In this document: piece by piece, positions 27,160 to 39,299 of the stretch
Numbering within the stretch: the first letter of the stretch is position 1
Layout: the number at the start of each line of letters is the position of its first letter
From: Mytilus edulis
Lineage: Eukaryota
Assembly (NCBI RefSeq): GCF_963676685.1
Contig: NC_092356.1
Coordinates: 5,952,001 to 6,016,000, forward strand
Length of the DNA stretch: 64,000 nt
Direction: 5' to 3'
Made by a program: the position numbers and the translations under genes
Notes under the pieces: generated by a model
What the model saw: only the letters and a program-made list of their open reading frames with translations
What the model was told of the DNA's origin: nothing
Databases searched by the model: none

Positions 27160-27406
27160 GAGCCTCTGGCCTTTGTTAGTCTTGTATTATTTTAATTTTA
27201 GTTTCTTGTGTACAATTTGGAAATTAGTATGGCGTTCATTATCACTGGACTAGTAAATATTTGTTTAGGGGCCAGCTGAAGGACGCCTCCGGGTGCGGGA
27301 ATTTCTCGCTACATTGAAGACCTGTTGGTGACCCTCTGCTGTTGTTTTTTATTTGGTCGGGTTGTTGTCTCTTTGACACATTTCCCATTTCCATTCTCAA
27401 TTTTAT
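27160..27406 (+). repeat. SINE-like dispersed repeat (different subfamily)
   Basis: gagcctctggcctttgttagt...ttgaagacctgttggtgacc...gttgtctctttgacacat..ccattctcaattttat; the tail layout parallels the other SINE-like copies. Confidence 0.5.
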
Positions 27407-27599
27407 AACTTAAAATATTTGTTGTGAATGAATACTACCACTCTAGCGTAAAAATAAACGAATGAATAAGCAGTTTTTCGCTGAGGATATTTTTTTTTCA
27501 TAAAATTACTGATTTCTTTTTGTTTTCTGTCTACTGTTTTCTTTGAAATGATTACTAATTAAGGGTCATATCAGTTGTATATATATATATTGAAATAAG

Positions 27600-27895
27600 T
27601 ATAACATGTGGAAACAATAATGGGTCCATAGTAGACGGATGTCAACGTGATTGGCACTATCATTTTATATGTTCAGTGGACCGTAAAAAATGGGATTAGA
27701 TCTCTTATTTGGCATTTAAATTACAAAGATCATATCATACGGAACATATTTACTAAGCTTCGAGTTGATTGGACTTCAACTTCATCAAATACTACCTCGA
27801 CCAAAAACATTAACCTGAAGCGGGACAGACGGACAGACAAAAGAACGGACGCATAGACTATCAAAACATAATGCTCATCAATGGGGCATATAAAT
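27600..27895. mobile_element. pearl/HINE-like non-autonomous element
   Basis: ACRG microsatellite (gacagacggacagac) and terminal hairpin atgc..atcaatggggcat; homologous to 62470-62710. Confidence 0.6.
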
Positions 27896-28383
27896 TCATT
27901 GATGAAAGTGAAAGTAGTGATTTAGCCAAACTAAAAGAAGGGTAGGGAATAGAGGGAGGCAGGACCTTTTCCAGATCGTCAGTACCCCCTCCAACCACCA
28001 CTCAAATTAGCCTGAGTCATTTATACAAGATTCAAATCCTACCATTAGCATGTAAGTAGGGCTCTCAAAAAAAAAAAAAAACTCTGATGGATTGTCCCAG
28101 AAGCATATTTTATTAGAATAATAATGGTCTATAGGTAGTTTGGAGCGGTGATTTTTTTTTAATTTAATTTGGACTTTTAAAAAAAATGCATTGTAGCAAA
28201 GGGGAATAATAATGTGGTCTGAGGCCATGCAGACACACGAAAATAATTGACTTTAACATAAATGAAACGACTAATTACGCACTTTGAAAAAAGGGAGAGG
28301 GCTTTTGATACCTTTTATGAAATTCTCAGGACATAATATCTTTTATAAAAATTTATCCCACAACAGTATACAAGTTGTATATG

Positions 28384-28409
28384 CCCGCGATTTCGCGGGT
28401 GTGTTCTAG
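28384..28409 (+). mobile_element. Helitron-type 3' terminus
   Basis: GC-rich hairpin CCCGCG-ATTT-CGCGGG, then CTAG six bases later, followed by T. Confidence 0.6.
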
Positions 28410-28654
28410 TAATATCTAATGCAGAAATGTTCTGCTTTATTCATTTTAAAATATTTGAATATTGTGTTTGATTAGTTCATTTTTTTGTAAATCAACATGC
28501 TTCAAAGGAAATCTTTTATCAAAAATATATTTGTTGTGTTTGTATATGCATTTTAATAGGTTGACATCCTTTTAACTCAACATATATGTTGAGCCAATTT
28601 TTAAGAATTGGGATCTTGTTTGTCCTGTTATTAAAGACGATTGCTATAACTCAC

Positions 28655-29269
28655 CTTCAATTGAATCAAAGTCTGTCTCATTTTCTATAGTAGTTAAGTC
28701 ATCCAATATATTTGTAACAAGAAGATAGATAGCATGTGGATTTAAAAACGTTTGATGTGTGGCATAATAGTCTTTCTGACCTGCAAAATCCCAGAGACCA
28801 CATTCTACTAAACTCTCAGATGTCATTTTGTCTTGATCTTTTTGGATTTCTAAAAGAATTTTATCCATTTGTTCGGTAATCTTTTTCTTCATATCGTCAG
28901 TGTTTACCAAATATTCGGCTCTTTTTATATCTCTTGACAGATCACCATCATTTTCGTATGGTATGTCAATTTCAGACTTTTCTTCAACGATGGTAAGATT
29001 GTCTCCTATGTTCACTTTGATTTCACCTGTCAATGAGTGTTCCACTGTATTTGAACCTGGTAAAGCTATACTTAGTTTATCTTTAGTATGAGATTCATTT
29101 TCTTGTTTTCTTCCAAATTTAGGCAACGATTCATTTGAAGTAATTGCTTCTGTTTTGTTGTTTTCTCCTCCACATGGAATTACTTGATCAGAAACTGGTT
29201 CGCTTTGCTTTGGTTCATTACGAACAGCCTCTTGTATCCTTCTCATTATTTTATTCCTCTCTGTTTCAA
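28655..29269 (-). CDS. Receptor-Roco exon 9: charged insert plus ROC G3/switch II
   Basis: tattacag|TT GAA, donor GAA G|GTGAG, 615 nt, phase 1-1. Contains CGLWDFAGQKDYYATHQTFLNPHAIYLLV. Confidence 0.93.
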
Positions 29270-30677
29270 CTGTAATACGTTTTTTTGACAATATATAATA
29301 TGTAACATACTTATGGATTATTTAACAGGTTTTTTGTGTTTTTAATAGATTGTGTGATGAACAATAATAGATATGAATTGTTTACGCTGCACTGCAAATA
29401 TTAAAACAAGCGCGAATTGATAATTTTACACAAAGTTACTGAACTAACAAACTATTTAAAAATGTTGGTCAAATTTATAAAAACTGCCTTGAACCTGTGG
29501 TCGGAATATTTTGTGTATTGATTTGTCACAAAACTGCTCATATTATACTATCGCAAATTTTTCAATTTTTAATCCCTCAATCATGTCAATGACGATTATT
29601 AGGGCTGTCACAATAATGCCTACTAATATTTGAATCATTCACGAGGCATACCAATCTCAAAATGTTACAAAATAACATTGCCCAACGTTTGGTACAATAT
29701 AAAATAGTATAGGCGTAACTTGTGCCCAGTATTTTGTTAGCAATGTTACATATTGAATCAAATGACTTAAGTCGATTTGGGTTGTTATCTGTAGGTCAAT
29801 CTAGGTTTGCATGCTGCAATGATTTAAATCATTTGTTTTCCAGCATTTTGCATCATGCGTACCGGATGATTTTTTATCCCAGGAACACGTTTATTGATTA
29901 CAGAAATCTTGATTCGGATGACAACTTCATTTGTTATTCCTGTATTCAGTCTATTTACTAGGGATCTGATATTTATTACTAGAGTACTCGGGCATGATAC
30001 TTGCGAGTACTCGAGTAATCGGACAAATTTTGTGAAAAGTTTTAATTTTTGTTTTGATGTGGTATTTTAGTTATTTCCTTCCATTAACACCTATTTATGA
30101 TATGAGCGCTTGCCATCTTAACGAAAGACATACGTATTGTTGCAGAACTCAAGCTGTATGACTAAAAAATGTAACTTGATCCTTGTGTGTGTGTATCCCT
30201 AGTTTTTTTTGTGTCAATAGAAAAATGAAGAACGGACCACCGTGTCTATAAAATAACTTATCATAATAGCAATTATTGGTTGCGTGGTCATGACAAATTA
30301 GTAATATGCCAATTAAATCATCAATGTGTGAGAATAAAGTTAGTAGTGGAGTTACGTCCCTTTATATTCCTTATAAGGTAGTAGGGAGGCGGGGCTTATT
30401 TCATACAGGGCTAGTAGTCGTTTTACGTCCCTTTATATAAACAAAACGGTACTGAGAAAAAATTGTAAAGGTTTCAACAGACGAAGAAAGTGATGATTCA
30501 GATTGACATGAATTCATAAAACACAATTTATACCTAACAAGTTGTTATTGTTGGTATCTCTTTGTGTTGGATCCATGGAAGTAGTTTCTTATAATGCTAA
30601 CAGTATTGAAGACTTGCTCATTTTGATAGGACACTAGTCTAAATTTTACACGTTAAGATAGTCGGTAAGATAAATTC

Positions 30678-30773
30678 GTTATATAGTGTGCTAGTGACCT
30701 AATACGGTATTACCCCATATGGAATTTAATGACACCATATATACCGTATTAGGTCACTAGTATATTATGTAAC
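30678..30773. repeat. Short palindromic (foldback/MITE-like) element
   Basis: Perfect 20-bp inverted repeat at 30691-30710 and 30741-30760, extended by imperfect arms. Confidence 0.8.
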
Positions 30774-31099
30774 TAATAATATTACGGCTTGTCTCATAAT
30801 TTGTCAACAAAATATCGAACGCCATTTTACCTGTAATACAAATCGATATTAAGTATAAATTTAATAATAACAAAGTTTCAGATAAACATTTATTACATTA
30901 AATGTAGATCCGATACCAATCACGATTACACATTAGTCTTGATGAACAAAACAAGTAATTTAATGGGTTGTGAGTAAATTAATTCATGAAAGAGTTTATC
31001 CGTCTACTATAAACCGTTACAAATGTATTTAATCAGTTACATATGGTTTACCACAATTGATTGTGTTATTGTTCAAAAATAATATTTGACCCACAAAAT

Positions 31100-31470
31100 G
31101 TCACGAGTTAGTTGACCGTTATGGAATAACCGTTTTACATATGATATCGGATATGTTTATTATGTCGCAACTACAATACTTTTCCCTTTTCACGAAAGTG
31201 ACCTACCGAATTAGACAATTAACCGGATTTGTAATAACATAAGCAACACGACGGGTACCACATGAAGAGCAGAATATGGTTACTTCTCTGCAGCACCTGA
31301 GATCACAAGCCCAACCCCACCCGTCTGTGGTGAGGTTTGTGTTGCTAAGTCTTTAGTTTCCTATGTTGTGTCTTCTGTATTTTATTTGTCTGTTTGTCTT
31401 TTTTATTTTAAGCCATAGCGTTGTCAGTTTCATTTCAATCTATAAGTTTGACTGTCCCTCTGGTATCTTT
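31100..31470 (+). mobile_element. Penelope-like 3' fragment
   Basis: cacgagtta.gttgaccgttatggaataaccg through gactgtccctctggtatcttt. Confidence 0.8.
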
Positions 31471-31588
31471 CTTGTATCTTTATAGATAAACCTAAGCCTT
31501 AGTTATAACACACAGAGGTCTCAGATTAGACGTATTTATGTTGTGAAGAGATGATATTTTTCTAAGTAATACAAATAGTGAAAGGTAT

Positions 31589-34500
31589 TAGCAATCAAAA
31601 TCAAGGGAATTGTGCAAATGATGATACAAGCATGAAATTAGAACGTACAGTAGCATCATTATTATATACTTTTTAGGGAAAAACTGCTGGCCATAAGAAA
31701 ATATAATTTTTTTCAAGATGGCCACCACCTTTTCTAAAATGGCTGTTTTTTCAAGATTGAAATACTTCTTTTTTCTATAAACGTTTTCTTTTACCTTCTT
31801 TGAGTAAAGAATATTATCAGGATTGGTGTATACCTTCTTTACTTGTGACGTATATACTAGAAATAAATATTTGACATGATCTGGGTTTTGCGCATACGTG
31901 AAAATGTTACAAAATTCACATACAAACATTTTAACTATTAATCACATGCTTAGAGCTTTGAATTTGTAATGATGTTATGAATTTGTTTGATAACATTTTT
32001 ATGATACACATGCGTATTTCGCACATGCACAAATTATTTATCAATAAATAACGAATTACACGCACTACAAGGGCACAATGATGGAAATCTAGTTCAACTA
32101 TTAGATGAGGATTTGAATTTCTTAAACATATCTTTGTCGTCATTCATTGCTCTAAGAATCTAGGCTCTTTTCATCGAGTATAAAGTGTTACTTCTTTGAT
32201 GCCATTGTTTGAAAACACGCCCTTTCGCAATGATCGATGGATAAGGTGAAACGGGTTGTTAACTTTCTAACATCAATTATAGCTCCAGTTAAACCCTTTT
32301 GTATTGGCAAGCAATTTCAGTTAGAATGGCCAGACTTAAGGACAACTTAAGTGTATCGTCATGTTTGGTGGATTGTACATTAACATGGCATGTTTTAAAA
32401 TTCTGATTGATATATTGCGTGAAAGTGGATTGACATGTGCCCTCAATGAAGCCAATATTGAAACACCTATAATGGCAGATGCTTTTCATGTATGTTCATC
32501 ATGTACATCAAATGTAGTTCGGAATAGACACGCAGATCAGATAACTGCATGTGTTTTGCTTGCAATGATAATGCCAGCCGTTATAAAAGCGTAAACCCAG
32601 AAAATATAGTTCATGACTCTGTGACTTCAAGTACGTGATCAACGGGTTTAAGGAAAGAGAGTCATATCGACCACAGTTATGTGCCTTCGGTAGAACGCTC
32701 ATTTCACCTGTCATATATCGTACTTTAAAACTGTCCATACCAAGCATGATACCAATCTTGGTCTTGATCGTGTAAATAATGCTTGATGGCTTCCCTTCAT
32801 TAACATCGCTCACAGGTGGCAATGCAATTTGCAAATGGTAATTTTTATTGTACAATAAGACCAGCAAGTTGGTTTCTTATAATACAATTGAACAGGCACA
32901 AACAAAGAAAGATAAGTCGTATCGGCGATGTTAGTACCATACGTTTAATCGGTAGACTGGTAGATGAATTTGAAAGATTAAGTGGTTTTAGTCATTTTAC
33001 AACAGATGAACGACGTCATGAAACGCTACGAAAACATAAAAGGATTTCTTCGAAAAACTTCAAAGGCTTTTTAAAGTGTTGAACGAGTTTGGAAATTCAT
33101 TTCTGGAAGAGCCGTCAGATTTGTGCAAAATTTACTCTTTTAAGGAAATTGTTAATTCAGAAGTAGGTAAAATATATTTGGTTCAAACAGTACGTTCTTT
33201 TGAAGCGAATGAGAAGCGAAGAAGAATATGCTTTTTTTTAACCAGATGAAAAAAAAACGTTTCCATATAAAAACCATAAAATAAAACTGAAACTTCTTTG
33301 TCAAAAACAAAGCTAGAGAACCTGCACACTGATTGCGATCTCTTTTCTAGACTTTTCATTCCTTCTTTAGCCATCAAAACCAAACTGCTTCTCTGTCTTT
33401 GTGTCAGGATTGTGGTATTAAATCAGAGCAAATGGGTATACTTGAAACATTCTGGGATTTGCCATCATTTGATCTAAATTATGACGCATTTATCGTTGGT
33501 GAGGCAGCAATGGTTAATTTGTTGCCAACACTTGGGCAAACATATTTGATGATTATGCAAATGATATCATACTTCCTAACATAAAATATCCCCTTCATAA
33601 GTATCCAAGAGTAGACATCGAATTGATGTTTACTAAATTGATTACTTAAAGGCTGGGACTAAACAAAAGGCAAAGTACTGGTGCTAGACGGAAAGTTGTT
33701 GGTTCTGGTAGAACGCCAAGGGTTTGGAGTAGTTTTCTCTGTGAAGATGACAACCAAATGGAATGTTTCAAGTTTCTTACCGACAGATTTGCTTCTTTAG
33801 AAACTAATAAAAATGCTTATGCTACTCAAGGTGAAAATATTCTTTACAATTTCAATACAGATACTTCCCAGCTATCTCCGTGTAACCATGAAACAGCAGA
33901 TACACGAATGAGTATACATGATAAGCATGCTGCTGAAAATGGTTGTAAAAAAGTAGTACTGACATAGATGTAGTAGTAATTAAGAATTGGAGTACTCGCA
34001 AGATTAGGTGTGGACAAATTGTGGATAGGTTTTTAAAGGAATAAAGACACTATCGATGTCTTCCTCTACATGTCATATCAAATGCGCTTGGTCCTCGTGT
34101 AGCAGCTTTTACTTTGTTCCATGCATTTTGTGTGTGTGACAATGTGTCGGCATTTCATCGGAAAGTGAAGAGGTCAGCTTTGCAGACATTGGAAGTATTC
34201 TCAGATGTAAATGACGTTTATACCTGATTTAGTATGAAGATACAGACGTGAAAATCATAGAAGTATTTGTTTGCATTATGTACGAAAACATCACCGTTTG
34301 CTGACGCACGATTATTATCAAAATCATTCTCATTACCTGTGGTAGGCGAAATAGCATTATAAGGCCACTGCTTCCTTGCAAACGATTTTAATCTTCTGGA
34401 ACACATCAAAAGAGAACAATATCAATTATGCATTTGACAGATTTATATACCAAGTGATGAACACAGGAGCTGGGTTAAAGAAAAAACCCAATGACAGTTG

Positions 34501-35087
34501 GAAACACAAATGAACTTCTTTGGTGTCCGCTGATCTCGTGTTATTATTTTTTGAAATGCGAATACAAGAAATTCAGCTGTGTTGGTACCTGTAATTCCTA
34601 CCGTTCTGGCCTTCTGTGAACATGTGAGTGTAATTGTAGCTGTCAGATAATTATGATATTAGCAACCTGTCTTTCTAAACAAACTCTATATGCATTTTAA
34701 CTTAACAAAGTCAGTGATATCTCTTATTAAGTTGATAGAAATAATAAAATTGACATTTTCCAGTTTTTGCCGCCATTTTGGCACCGGAAGTCACTTTTTT
34801 CTTCATCTGGGTATTGTTTTTTTGTACTTTAGGAACTTTCATTTTAGATTTATCAAAACATACATTGAATTTTACCTATTACACAGCTTTTAAAAGATTT
34901 ACGAAATTTAACCAATTGGATATGACGCCATTTGGAAAATCAGCGGTGGCCATCTTGATAAAATGTAAAAAAAAATATGGCCAGCACCTGATTTTTTTAA
35001 TTATCATTTAGTCCACCCATATACCAAATGTTATGCTTGTATCGCGATTTGCACACTTATGTAAAATCCTCAATTCTCTTTAGCTTA
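31589..35087 (+). mobile_element. Decayed Academ (AcademX-like) DNA transposon; boundaries approximate
   Basis: Long imperfect TIRs (tgtgcaaatgatgatacaagcat at ~31611 vs atgcttgtatcgcgatttgcaca at ~35033; caagatggccacc vs ggtggccatcttg). Coding relics DLFSRLFI, KYPRVDI, LSPCNHETADTR, LFHAFCVCDNVSAF (XPG/FEN-like) and a Cys-rich tail near 34560-34645. Confidence 0.72.
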
Positions 35088-35121
35088 GTACTTGTTTGGC
35101 TTTATAACTATTTTGATGTAA

Positions 35122-35162
35122 GCGTCACTGCCGAGTCTCAAAACAAAACGCGCGTCTGGAGT
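35122..35162 (+). pseudogene. Degenerate copy of the hammerhead ribozyme
   Basis: gcgtca-CTGCCGA-gtctcaaaac-AAAAC-gcgc-GTC-tggagt, with flanks homologous to 11480-11600; both core boxes are mutated. Confidence 0.65.
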
Positions 35163-36358
35163 ATTCAATTATAAGCCTGGTATCATTAATAACTATCTAC
35201 TGTAATCTTTGAAAAACGCACTATAAAACGTTTAATAGGAAGTATCATTGCAGGATTATTTTTCCATCATATTTATTGATTTTAATATTCTATTTCATTA
35301 TTTTGTTTATTATCACTAAAAATGAAAAATAAATCTTACTTTGTTATTATCGGATACTCAAATATCGTTAAACTATTCCAAATATTATGCTTTGATTTAA
35401 GTTATCTTATATTAGCTAATTTTGCTATATTTCTTCAATTTGTTCATTACATTGTACATTGTAACTACGAAAAAAACAAAACACAGTCAACCAGAATTTT
35501 ACTTATTTCTGCAAGCCTATTATTCTGTAACAGTTTACATTCAAAACAGAAATAAAACTAATCTCTCTATCAGAATAAAAAAAAAATGCAATAACAGGAA
35601 GAAATGCCTTCTCAATAAACAAAATACTGTCAGGCACTTTTCTATCGCTTGGATTATACGGCACATATATCCCAGCGATCTTTAAAACTATTGGTTTAGG
35701 GTTACACATATCATATGATTCACGTTTTAAGCAATTTGTTGCAAAATCATTGAAATAGATAGATTGCATTTTTTTGTCAAGCTGTTCAAATAAAGTTAAT
35801 ACATAATTTGGGCATAAACATGACATATGATAATTATTTAATACTCGGAATTCCCATGATTTTTTTTTTGTTTTTTTATGCTTTATGTTTTGCCTGGATT
35901 TTTGATATTTGTTTTATCATATGAAAATGTAATAAAGATTTCTCAGCTTTTTACAAATTTTTTTTTAACCAGTCCTGGTTTTCTAATTACAACAGAAACT
36001 ACATTTGACCAAACAAAAAATACAGGCAAAAGATAAGGTATAGGTACTTTAAGTTAGTCATGAACGCGCGATGCCAGTGTATCAAATTTGCAAAATTATA
36101 TTTAAAACAAATTTAATGAATAGTGATTCATTGTCACAAACATGCATATGGATAATTTATTTCACTAATCAATCTGAAAATTGTTAATGATTGGGCTTCT
36201 TTATCTTTTTATCCCTTTAATCAAAATAACTTGTCAAAATAGATCCACTCACTGCTTATAATATACAAAATGATATATACAAAATGAATTGTAGAATGAT
36301 GCAAATCCTTTTCATTTTGTCTTTTGATTTTTAATAGGGAGTAACAATTGTAACTAAC

Positions 36359-36589
36359 CTTTACCAATTACCCATTCACCATCAGTTGTTCTTATTTGGC
36401 ATTTTCTAACAATATCGATTCCATCCGTGCTATGTACTTTCATATTAGAATCTCCAACTAATCTACGTACAAGACTCGACTTGCCAACTCCTTCTTTACC
36501 AATAACCTGAATTCTAACATAACGTCTTATCTCTGTTCCGTCTTTTATTGCAGTTAAATGGTCATTTCTGTTTGTTACTTTCAGACTTT
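36359..36589 (-). CDS. Receptor-Roco exon 8: ROC P-loop and switch I
   Basis: ttgttag|AA AGT, donor AAA G|GTTAGT, 231 nt, phase 1-1. Contains VRIQVIGKEGVGKSSLVRRL and HSTDGIDI. Confidence 0.92.
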
Positions 36590-36963
36590 CTAACAATGAT
36601 ACAAAATAACACAATCAAGATATGTGTTTTGAAACTAGACTCCAACAGTTTTTGTAACATATTTCAAACAATATGACATGATCTCATTTACTATACAATT
36701 CATTATTCACACAATTTAGACTTTTCTGTTTGGTACATAAATTACGTAAAGTAGAGGCGAACAGTACATAAAACACAAGATATTAAACTACAACTGAGCA
36801 ACATGAATCTCACCATCAACTCGGATTTTATCAGGTGTTCCGTATGATTGAGCAGATCATTCCCCACATGTGGCATCTGTTGTGATGCTCACATTATTAC
36901 ACACTTAGTTAATTATCTAATTTGGTAGGTAATATACAAGGAAAAGGAGATTGAATTGTTATT

Positions 36964-37471
36964 ACAACAATTGGAAGATATCCGTCGTCATCTGTAAAAC
37001 AAATATCCCACGTCATAGTAGTCGACCTACTGACCCATAACATAGTCTACAACAATTGGAAGATATCCATCGTCATCTGTAAAACAAATATCCCATGTCG
37101 TAGTGGTCGACCTACTGACCCATAACATAGTCTACAACAATTGGAAGATATCCATCGTCATCTGTAGAACAAATATCCCATGTCGTAGTGGTCGACCTAC
37201 TGACCCATAACATAGTCTACAACAATTGGAAGATATCCATCGTCATCTGTAAAACAAATATATCATGTCGTAGTAGTCGACCTACTGACCCATAACATAG
37301 TCTACAACAATTGGAAGATATCCATCGTCATCTGTAGAACAAATATCCCATGTCGTAGTGGTCGACCTACTGACCCATAACATAGTCTACAACAATTGGA
37401 AGATATCCATCGTCATCTGTAAAACAAATACCCCATGTCGTAGTGGTCGACTTACTGACCCATAACATAGT
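36964..37471. repeat. 85-bp tandem array (6 units) derived from a Penelope-like fragment
   Basis: Units start at 36964, 37049, 37134, 37219, 37304 and 37389, contiguous with the diverged PLE 3' UTR at ~36760-36960. Confidence 0.9.
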
Positions 37472-37682
37472 TGTTGTGAGGTTTTCTTATGTGGTAAAGG
37501 CTTGACAGAATCTGTACACAAAGCATCGGACTGAAAATCTACGTATATCTTCACCATGCACAATCAAATGGATGTCAAACTTTGGCAATGGTTTAACAGC
37601 CGGTCGGAAAAAAGACTAAGCATGATTACATTGTTTTAAACCCAGTCATCCTAAGAGGTCTATATAATGTTAACGTACTTAC

Positions 37683-37739
37683 CTCTACAAAATTGGATTC
37701 CTGGCCGGTTAATTATATAAACAACTATACACACAGCAA
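37683..37739 (-). CDS. Receptor-Roco exon 7: second half of the TM helix and juxtamembrane region
   Basis: tattttag|TT GCT.. encodes FAVCIVVYIINRPGIQFCR, donor G|GTAAGT. 57 nt, phase 1-1. Confidence 0.82.
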
Positions 37740-39299
37740 CTAAAATAGATCAAATGTCACGTTTAGAATAAAAGTATGTAAATGATATTGTATTTCAGAA
37801 AGAAGCGTATCGCTTTTAGACATAAGCCGGATTTACTAATACTTTTCTATAAATTCATCTCAGCATGTTATCAATAATCAGTTAGATATAAATTATGTGG
37901 ACACACTTTTTTAGTGGGTCACTATTTATAACCAGATGTTGACCACAAAATGATAAGCTACAAACTTATATATCTCTGTGTCTTTCCTCCTGGCTTCAAT
38001 GTATTTCTGAACAATAAATATGAAGAAGAAAATTTGTTATCTTAAGAAAAAATATAATACGAATAATAATAGTATGCATATTTAGTTTATTGCAATATTA
38101 TTGACAACTTTACCTGTATTTATATGAAATAATTGTGTTCCTCAACTTTATTGTGTTGTCTTTCTTGTATTTAAACTTAAAACAGATGCAATAAACAATG
38201 ATTAAAAGTAATGATACATTTATACTTCATACATTTTTTATTAGTGTTTTACTACGTTAGATAATTTCTTTCAATGTTTTGAATTATTTCAAACTGATGT
38301 GAATTTAGGGAAAACAAAAAATTACCATAAACGATTAGACTAACCGTGACAAATTATCTGGTCTATGCCATTAACCTTTTTAACCCTTTTTAGCCCTCCC
38401 TTCTATTTAAATTTGGTATTTTTCGTAGTTTTCTATCAATTGTTTTTAATTTTACGTTGTTTTTTTTCTAAACCATATGCAAATAAATCTTTTCTACTTA
38501 AATGTTAATGGCTGCTTACTTTCAATCTCAAATTAACTAATCACAGCAAGAAATGATTTGAAAAAAAATCCAGAGATTTAAAAAAAAAAAAAGGAAAGGG
38601 CCTTTAACACTTCTTGTCCTTCAGTACTAGGATCTATGCATGATGGTGCCATATTCCAACATTTACAATGATTTCCAAAATTCCGGTATAACAAGAGGCT
38701 GTCATTTTGACTGCAACTCTGACGGCAAACCAGATTTCTTGCAGAGGTCGAACACAGAACAGCCAAGAAAGTATAGACACAACATTTTAGCTTAAAACAG
38801 TACTTAATTTGAATTGTGATTGAATATTTGACATATCATAGGTTTGTGACACAAAATCGGTGTGGTCAAATTAAACCATTGTGGTGACGTCAGCCTATTC
38901 ATTTACCGTGGATTCTTTTTCTAGAATCAACGCTTCCTAAATCCGTCGCTGAAATGGACTCACCAAATAATATTCTATTGTTTTCTTTATGTGCCTAATT
39001 TCATTAAGGTTGAATTGACTAATTTACTGATTTCTGCTCACAAATGGAATTATTTTAAAAACTTACCTTTAATTTTTGTAATCTATGTATGCCTTCACTG
39101 GGAAGCGAACCCGTCAATGAATTCTGTTAAATGTTACTGACTTCAACATATCGATGAAACCTCTGGGCTACCAATTGGTTACAATTTATATGTTTATTTT
39201 ATATATATAAATGAATAAATGATATACATCGGTTCAACATACACACAGGGCTTGTACCTTTATTTACTAATAATAGGCAAACGTACAATATAAGTTGGT

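Noticed and set aside
36964-37471. Regularly spaced repeats resembling a CRISPR array (also 10015-11405)
   Set aside because: Whole units repeat with no unique spacers, there are no cas genes, and the context is eukaryotic.
37970-38007. Possible micro-exon KYIEARRKDTEI after a ttcag acceptor
   Set aside because: The donor reads ATAAGT rather than GT, and the phase does not fit the surrounding exons.
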